DNA from: an uncultured delta proteobacterium | GTDB lineage: Bacteria; Desulfobacterota; RBG-13-43-22 | Length of the DNA stretch: 64,000 bases | NCBI GenBank assembly: GCA_963790475.1 | Contig: CAWBOS010000001.1 | Location: 64,001-128,000 of the forward strand | Direction: 5' to 3' | Shown here: positions 59,306 through 64,000 of the stretch, one piece after another | Numbering within the stretch: the stretch's first letter is position 1 | Layout: each line of letters opens with the position of its first letter | Notes under the pieces: model-generated | The model's database searches: none | The model's input: only the letters and a program-made list of their open reading frames with translations | Told to the model about the DNA's origin: nothing | Program-made: the position numbers and the translations under genes

Positions 59306-60526
59306 ATGAAAAGGTATGGGGATTTTATCACTTCGGACGAAGATCTGGCCCTTTTGACATCCATTCGAAAATATATCGATAAAGAGGTGATGCCGATTCG
59401 CCTGAAACTGGATGAAGACTATGCTGCGTTTGAAAAGGCCTATGAAGGTCTGGTCAAGCTTGGAGTCCAGAAGCGGGGTTTCTCGCCCGAATATGGCGGC
59501 TTGGGGATCCGGTCGGCAACCACGATCTGCGCCATCACCGAAGAGATATCCCGGGGAGACAGCGGGCTGTCCCTTCACGCTCTCATTATCCCCTGGTGCC
59601 TGGCTGCAGCCATGGGTGCCCGTAATAAGCCCCTCATGGACCAGTTCATTCCCATGTTCTGTGGAGATACTCCTCGATGCGGATGTTTGGCCATTACCGA
59701 ACCGGCCGGAGGCTGCAATATTGAAGATGCGGCCGAGAAGGGGCTGACCATTCGGACCAGGGCCAGGCTGGATGGAGACGAATGGGTGATCAGCGGTGAA
59801 AAAATGTGGCCCAGCGGAGCCGGTGTGGCCGACCTCTACTGCGTGGTCTGCACAACGGATCCCAAACAGAAAGAACAGGGGATGGCTCTGATCTATGTCC
59901 CCAAAGACACCCCTGGCCTTTCCTTCGGGAAACCGGAACAAAAAATGGGAATGAAGGTAACGGACTTCAATGGCGCGATCTACTTTGACGACGTGAGGGT
60001 GCCTAAAGAATATCGAGCCGGTGGACCCGGGATAGACTGGCAGCTTTTCAGGAACAATGTTTCCTGGGGCCGACTCTCGAGCGCCCCCATGACCCTGGGA
60101 AATGCCCAGGCCGTTTTAGATATCGTCATCGAACATACCCGGACAAGGACCTATGGAGGGAAACCCGTTCGGAACCATTCGCTGCAGGCAGCTTTGATCG
60201 CGGACATGGCCATCGGCATAGAATCGGCCCGCGCCTTTTACCTATCCGTGGCGGCCATGTTCAACAATCGGAAGAAATATGGAAATCCTAATGAGGATTA
60301 CCTGATGGCCCGGACCAGTGCGGCCAAGGTCTATGCCTGCGATGTAACTGAGATGGTCTGTAACCGGGCAATGGAACTCATGGGTTCTTATGGCTATGCC
60401 CGCGAATACCATGTGGAGAAGTACCTCAGGGACTCCAAGATCATCCAGATATGGTTGGGGGGCGGACAACTGGGAAGGTTGGATGTGGTTCAAAGCTATT
60501 ACCCATACATTGAGGGCCAAAAGTAA
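59306..60526 (+). CDS. Acyl-CoA dehydrogenase family protein
   Basis: AITEPAGG, GEKMW, FDDVRVP, MGSYGY..EYHVEKYLRDSKIIQIW. Confidence 0.9.
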   Translation: MKRYGDFITSDEDLALLTSIRKYIDKEVMPIRLKLDEDYAAFEKAYEGLVKLGVQKRGFSPEYGGLGIRSATTICAITEEISRGDSGLSLHALIIPWCLAAAMGARNKPLMDQFIPMFCGDTPRCGCLAITEPAGGCNIEDAAEKGLTIRTRARLDGDEWVISGEKMWPSGAGVADLYCVVCTTDPKQKEQGMALIYVPKDTPGLSFGKPEQKMGMKVTDFNGAIYFDDVRVPKEYRAGGPGIDWQLFRNNVSWGRLSSAPMTLGNAQAVLDIVIEHTRTRTYGGKPVRNHSLQAALIADMAIGIESARAFYLSVAAMFNNRKKYGNPNEDYLMARTSAAKVYACDVTEMVCNRAMELMGSYGYAREYHVEKYLRDSKIIQIWLGGGQLGRLDVVQSYYPYIEGQK

Positions 60527-60636
60527 GGATTGGGGCAAATCTACTTTTGACCTTTACCCTCTGTTCCATCTTTTCCCAGGACGTCCGGTTTACCGCCCCG
60601 GCTACCCGGTTGATATAGATAATTTTCTTTATCAGG

Positions 60637-61023
60637 TCATGGAGCGGTTTTTGGAATATTCAAGGACATCAGGCACATTCCCCACCGACCATCGACTTTG
60701 GTCACGATCCAAAGTGCCTCGTGCGTCATATATTTGGTGCCGTCGGCTTTATAACGGCTGTAAGCCAGCTTGAAGTGAACTTTGTTTTCCCACACCTGCA
60801 CCGGCTCGATATAGTCAAAGGCGCTATGGTGCCAGCCCTCGGTTTCTACCAGTGTCTGGGTAGGAGATTCGAAATCAGAGGCCTTGGCGACAGGCCGCAC
60901 ACGGGTGTTAATAATCCAACTGAAGGGGAAATGCAGGTATTTGCGGATAGCTTCCTTATCCTGCGCGTTAAAGGCGGCAAAATAATCTTCCATGGCCTTT
61001 TTGGCCTCTTCAACTGCGGACAT
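60637..61023 (-). CDS. NTF2/SnoaL-like protein
   Basis: MEDYFAAFNAQD..HFP, GWHHS, WIVTKVDGRW. Confidence 0.7.
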   Translation of the reverse strand: MSAVEEAKKAMEDYFAAFNAQDKEAIRKYLHFPFSWIINTRVRPVAKASDFESPTQTLVETEGWHHSAFDYIEPVQVWENKVHFKLAYSRYKADGTKYMTHEALWIVTKVDGRWGMCLMSLNIPKTAP

Positions 61024-61156
61024 GATAATCCTCCCTATAAAATTTTTGTCTTGAAGCGCGCTGAGAATAATGGCCAACGTATTTCTTTTTCATAAGGAGT
61101 ATAGGAAGATCGATATTGGCTGTCAATATAGTTTTGATCCGACCTTCTGCAATAGA

Positions 61157-61792
61157 AATTATACGGTCACCTCCAACCACATTCACCTGCTCGTTGCTGA
61201 TGATGGAGGCAGAGATGTCATTCCCAATTCAATACAACTGGTGGCTGGACGAACGGGCCAAGAGTTTAATCAGAGAAAGAATCGAAAAGGGGCCTATTGG
61301 GAAGATCGCTATCATGCCACGGCAGTAGAAAGCGGCAATCATCTGGCAAGATGCATGGTGTATATCGACACGAATATGGTACGTGCCGGTGTGGTCAGCC
61401 ATCCATCATCGTGGCCTTTTTGCGGATATAATGAAATTCAAGCGCCTCGAAGAAAAAATGTGCTGATTGACTATGAAAGGGTGCAAGAGTTGCTTGGAGC
61501 TGGATCCTATGAGCAGCTAAGGCTCATTCACAAAGGATGGATTGAGGAATACTTGGGAAAGGGAGACAAAACCCGTCAAGACGAATGGACGAAAAGTATT
61601 GCCGTGGGAAGCAGGACTTTCATCGAGAATGTGAAAGCACTCTTGGGCTTCAGGGCCGCGGGGAGGGGGATCATAGAAGGCGGAGGAGGGTATCATCTTC
61701 GAGAGGGAGATGCATCCTATAAGGCTCTTTTTGGGCCTCAAAAAGACGATATAGGCCCTGAAAACACCTTTTTCTGGGACATTAATTATTAA
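61157..61792 (+). pseudogene. REP-associated tyrosine (Y1/HUH) transposase, 5'-truncated
   Basis: NHIHLL (HUH), YWEDRY, YIDTNMVRAG..HP..W. The N-terminus is absent; the right end cgtggcccgacccaat is at 61808-61823. Confidence 0.85.
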
Positions 61793-61945
61793 TAATCCAC
61801 AAGTTGTCGTGGCCCGACCCAATGCCAGCAATGCCACTTTTTCACCTATTGATTGGGGACCTTATTACCAATTGGTGGAGGCCGGAATGGCGTGTCTTGA
61901 ATGTCCCCAATAACGAAAACCTTAACGGTCCGTTTAGGAGAATTT

Positions 61946-63130
61946 ATGCAAAAGTTTTTGATCTTTTTTTTAATCTTCATAGGTTTGGTGATAGTCCTGG
62001 TGGCGGGAATTACTATTTTTGGTAAGAATAGATTTATAAAATTAGTTTTACTGAAGATATCAAAGCCCGGTTCCGGCTTTGAATTATCCTACCGGATTCC
62101 GGCACCCGATTATGCCCGACCGGAAAACTGGGCGGCACTGCCTGATAGAAAAGACCTGGCCGATTTAGTCCCGAAAGGGGTTGCGCCGGGAGACGGGCAA
62201 GCGAAGGCCCCTGTTGACGTATTTTTTATTCACCCGACCGGGTATCTGCATGGCGACAGCTGGAACTCGCCTATGGATCCGAACAGCATTACCGAAGAAA
62301 ACACCCAATGGATGATGGCCAATCATGCCAGCGTTTTCAACGGATGCGGCAGGGTTTACGCGCCCAGGTACCGGGAAGCCGTTCTTTATTCCTTTATAAG
62401 TGATGACCAACAGCAGGCCGCAAAGGCCATTGATTTTGCCTATCGGGATGTGGAGGCGGCCTTCGATTATTTCCTGGAGCATTTCAGCCGGGGACGCCCC
62501 TTTATTATCGCCAGCCATAGCCAGGGTACCTGGCATGCCCTCAAACTCCTCGCGAATCGCATTGACCGAACCGATCTAGTGCAGCGGTTGATTGCCGCCT
62601 ATATCATCGGCGGCCAGGTGACCGTTGAAGATATTGAACGGATGACCGATATTAAGGCCTGTAAAAACTCTACCGACCTCCACTGTGTGGTCCATTGGAA
62701 GACGTTCGCTGAGGGTGGCAAGGAAGATCGAATAAAACCGAACGAAACGTTTCTGTGCACCAATCCCTTATCCTGGAAGGTCGACAATGAGAGGGTACCG
62801 GCTGACTTCAATCGTGGAGCGGTTTTGCCGACCGGTAAATTTAATTTGAAACTTTGGGGAAAGGATAAGGCTAAAGGAACCGTATTCGGACCGCTGGAAA
62901 GCCCGATACCGAAACACACCTGGGCCCAGTGCCAATCCGGACTGCTTTATGTGGCAAAGCAAACAGACAAGGGGTTTTCAAAGTATCGGGCAATGAAAAA
63001 CTACCACGGATTGGACTATGCGCTTTTTTATATGGATATTCGGGAAAATGCCATTCAACGGGTCGATACCTATCTGAAGATGCACGGCTTAACCTGTAAT
63101 AAACACAGCTTGCCCGACGGCAAACATTGA
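61946..63130 (+). CDS. DUF3089 alpha/beta hydrolase
   Basis: DVFFIHPT, YAPRYR, SHSQG nucleophile elbow, CTNPLSW, YH..DY.LFY. Confidence 0.85.
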   Translation: MQKFLIFFLIFIGLVIVLVAGITIFGKNRFIKLVLLKISKPGSGFELSYRIPAPDYARPENWAALPDRKDLADLVPKGVAPGDGQAKAPVDVFFIHPTGYLHGDSWNSPMDPNSITEENTQWMMANHASVFNGCGRVYAPRYREAVLYSFISDDQQQAAKAIDFAYRDVEAAFDYFLEHFSRGRPFIIASHSQGTWHALKLLANRIDRTDLVQRLIAAYIIGGQVTVEDIERMTDIKACKNSTDLHCVVHWKTFAEGGKEDRIKPNETFLCTNPLSWKVDNERVPADFNRGAVLPTGKFNLKLWGKDKAKGTVFGPLESPIPKHTWAQCQSGLLYVAKQTDKGFSKYRAMKNYHGLDYALFYMDIRENAIQRVDTYLKMHGLTCNKHSLPDGKH

Positions 63131-63190
63131 CAAAGAAATTTTCTCTTCATATACTCCAGCAATACCTGATGCAATAGAAATGAGGCAAGT

Positions 63191-63778
63191 ATGAAGAAAC
63201 CGATCAAAATAATACTGCGCCTTCTGGTTGTAATTGTACTGGGCAGCACCATCGGCATTGGATCCGCTATACTGGCTATGAAAGTCGTTTATAGTGCCGG
63301 AGCTGTTACGAATGGCCCGTGGCGAACCAATCTGACTATGGGCAGCCGGCAGGCGAATATGTATACGCGCGCTGCTATTGCCCTCTCCGCCCTTTTCGCC
63401 CTTAACCAGTCCGAGACGATCTATTATTCAGCCATGGGTGATGACAGCAGGCAAAGGTTCAGCGGCGATAATGTTTACCGCATCGAAGGTAAAGCGCCGG
63501 AAGCCCGGTGGTGGAGCATAACAGCTTACGGCGCTAATAATTTTCTCATCCCTAACGAAATGAACCGTTATTCATACAGTGGCAACAGCGTCACGTTTGA
63601 CCGGAATGGCACATTCATCATATATGTATCGAAAATCCGGAAGCCGGGCAACTGGCTGCCGCTGGGAGACAGGAAGAGATTTTCCCTGACCCTCCGGTTG
63701 TATAACCCTGGGGAGTCGATACGAAAGAGTCCCGCAACGGTGGCATTGCCCCACATCATCAAGGAGGAAGGCCAGTGA
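63191..63778 (+). CDS. DUF1214-domain protein
   Basis: YTRAAIA..ETIYY, ARWWSITAY, NWLP, LTLRLYNP. Confidence 0.85.
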   Translation: MKKPIKIILRLLVVIVLGSTIGIGSAILAMKVVYSAGAVTNGPWRTNLTMGSRQANMYTRAAIALSALFALNQSETIYYSAMGDDSRQRFSGDNVYRIEGKAPEARWWSITAYGANNFLIPNEMNRYSYSGNSVTFDRNGTFIIYVSKIRKPGNWLPLGDRKRFSLTLRLYNPGESIRKSPATVALPHIIKEEGQ

Positions 63779-64000
63779 AAAAATGGCTTTTATGGACTTC
63801 CCTGGGCACACTGGTTGTCGCAATAGCTGTACACGTCATCACCGTTATTGCTGTCCCTAGAATCATCATGAAAGTCGCCTTCGCCAGGCCCCCTACCAAC
63901 CAACTGGTGAAAGGCTCAAAGATTACCGCACGTAGCAGGACGGCGGTCAGGCCCAGCCCTGACCTCGTCTATTCCAGAGTCTCCTATGATGTGAGCAAAG
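63775..64000 (+). CDS. DUF1254-like protein (3'-partial)
   Basis: GTGA overlap; N-terminal TM, then VRPSPDLVYS..YDVSK; the usual partner of DUF1214. Confidence 0.7.
   Translation, partial: MKKWLLWTSLGTLVVAIAVHVITVIAVPRIIMKVAFARPPTNQLVKGSKITARSRTAVRPSPDLVYSRVSYDVSK

Noticed and set aside
1-64000. tRNA, rRNA or known riboswitch genes
   Set aside because: None recognised by eye; a tRNAscan/Infernal run would be needed to exclude them.

Overview
Chromosomal window, probably from an anaerobic Desulfobacterota-like (deltaproteobacterial) genome; the taxonomy is inferred from gene content and style only. It carries catabolic and housekeeping genes (galT, serA, coaE, acyl-CoA dehydrogenases and ligase, amidase, an orphan glycyl-radical enzyme, a cNMP-gated K+ channel, MFS transporters) and an SPT + KDSR-like sphingolipid operon. 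A ~10 kb defence island (44.2-54.6 kb) holds a HigBA-like TA pair, radC, a fused REase-MTase plus S subunit, a DGQHR/NDT-like fusion protein, an Mrr-like nuclease and a TIR protein. There are three IS elements with readable ends, several MITE/REP-like elements and many gene fragments. Two candidate new systems stand out. First, the DGQHR(ParB/DndB-like)-NDT fusion is translationally coupled to the RM genes. Second, the intergenic regions are mosaics of shared modules: a four-helix-bundle gene bracketed by inverted repeats, internally deleted copies of it, and co-oriented 9-bp tandem arrays, with an 'empty' and a TA-'filled' version of the same locus in this window. All calls come from reading motifs by eye; no database searches were run.
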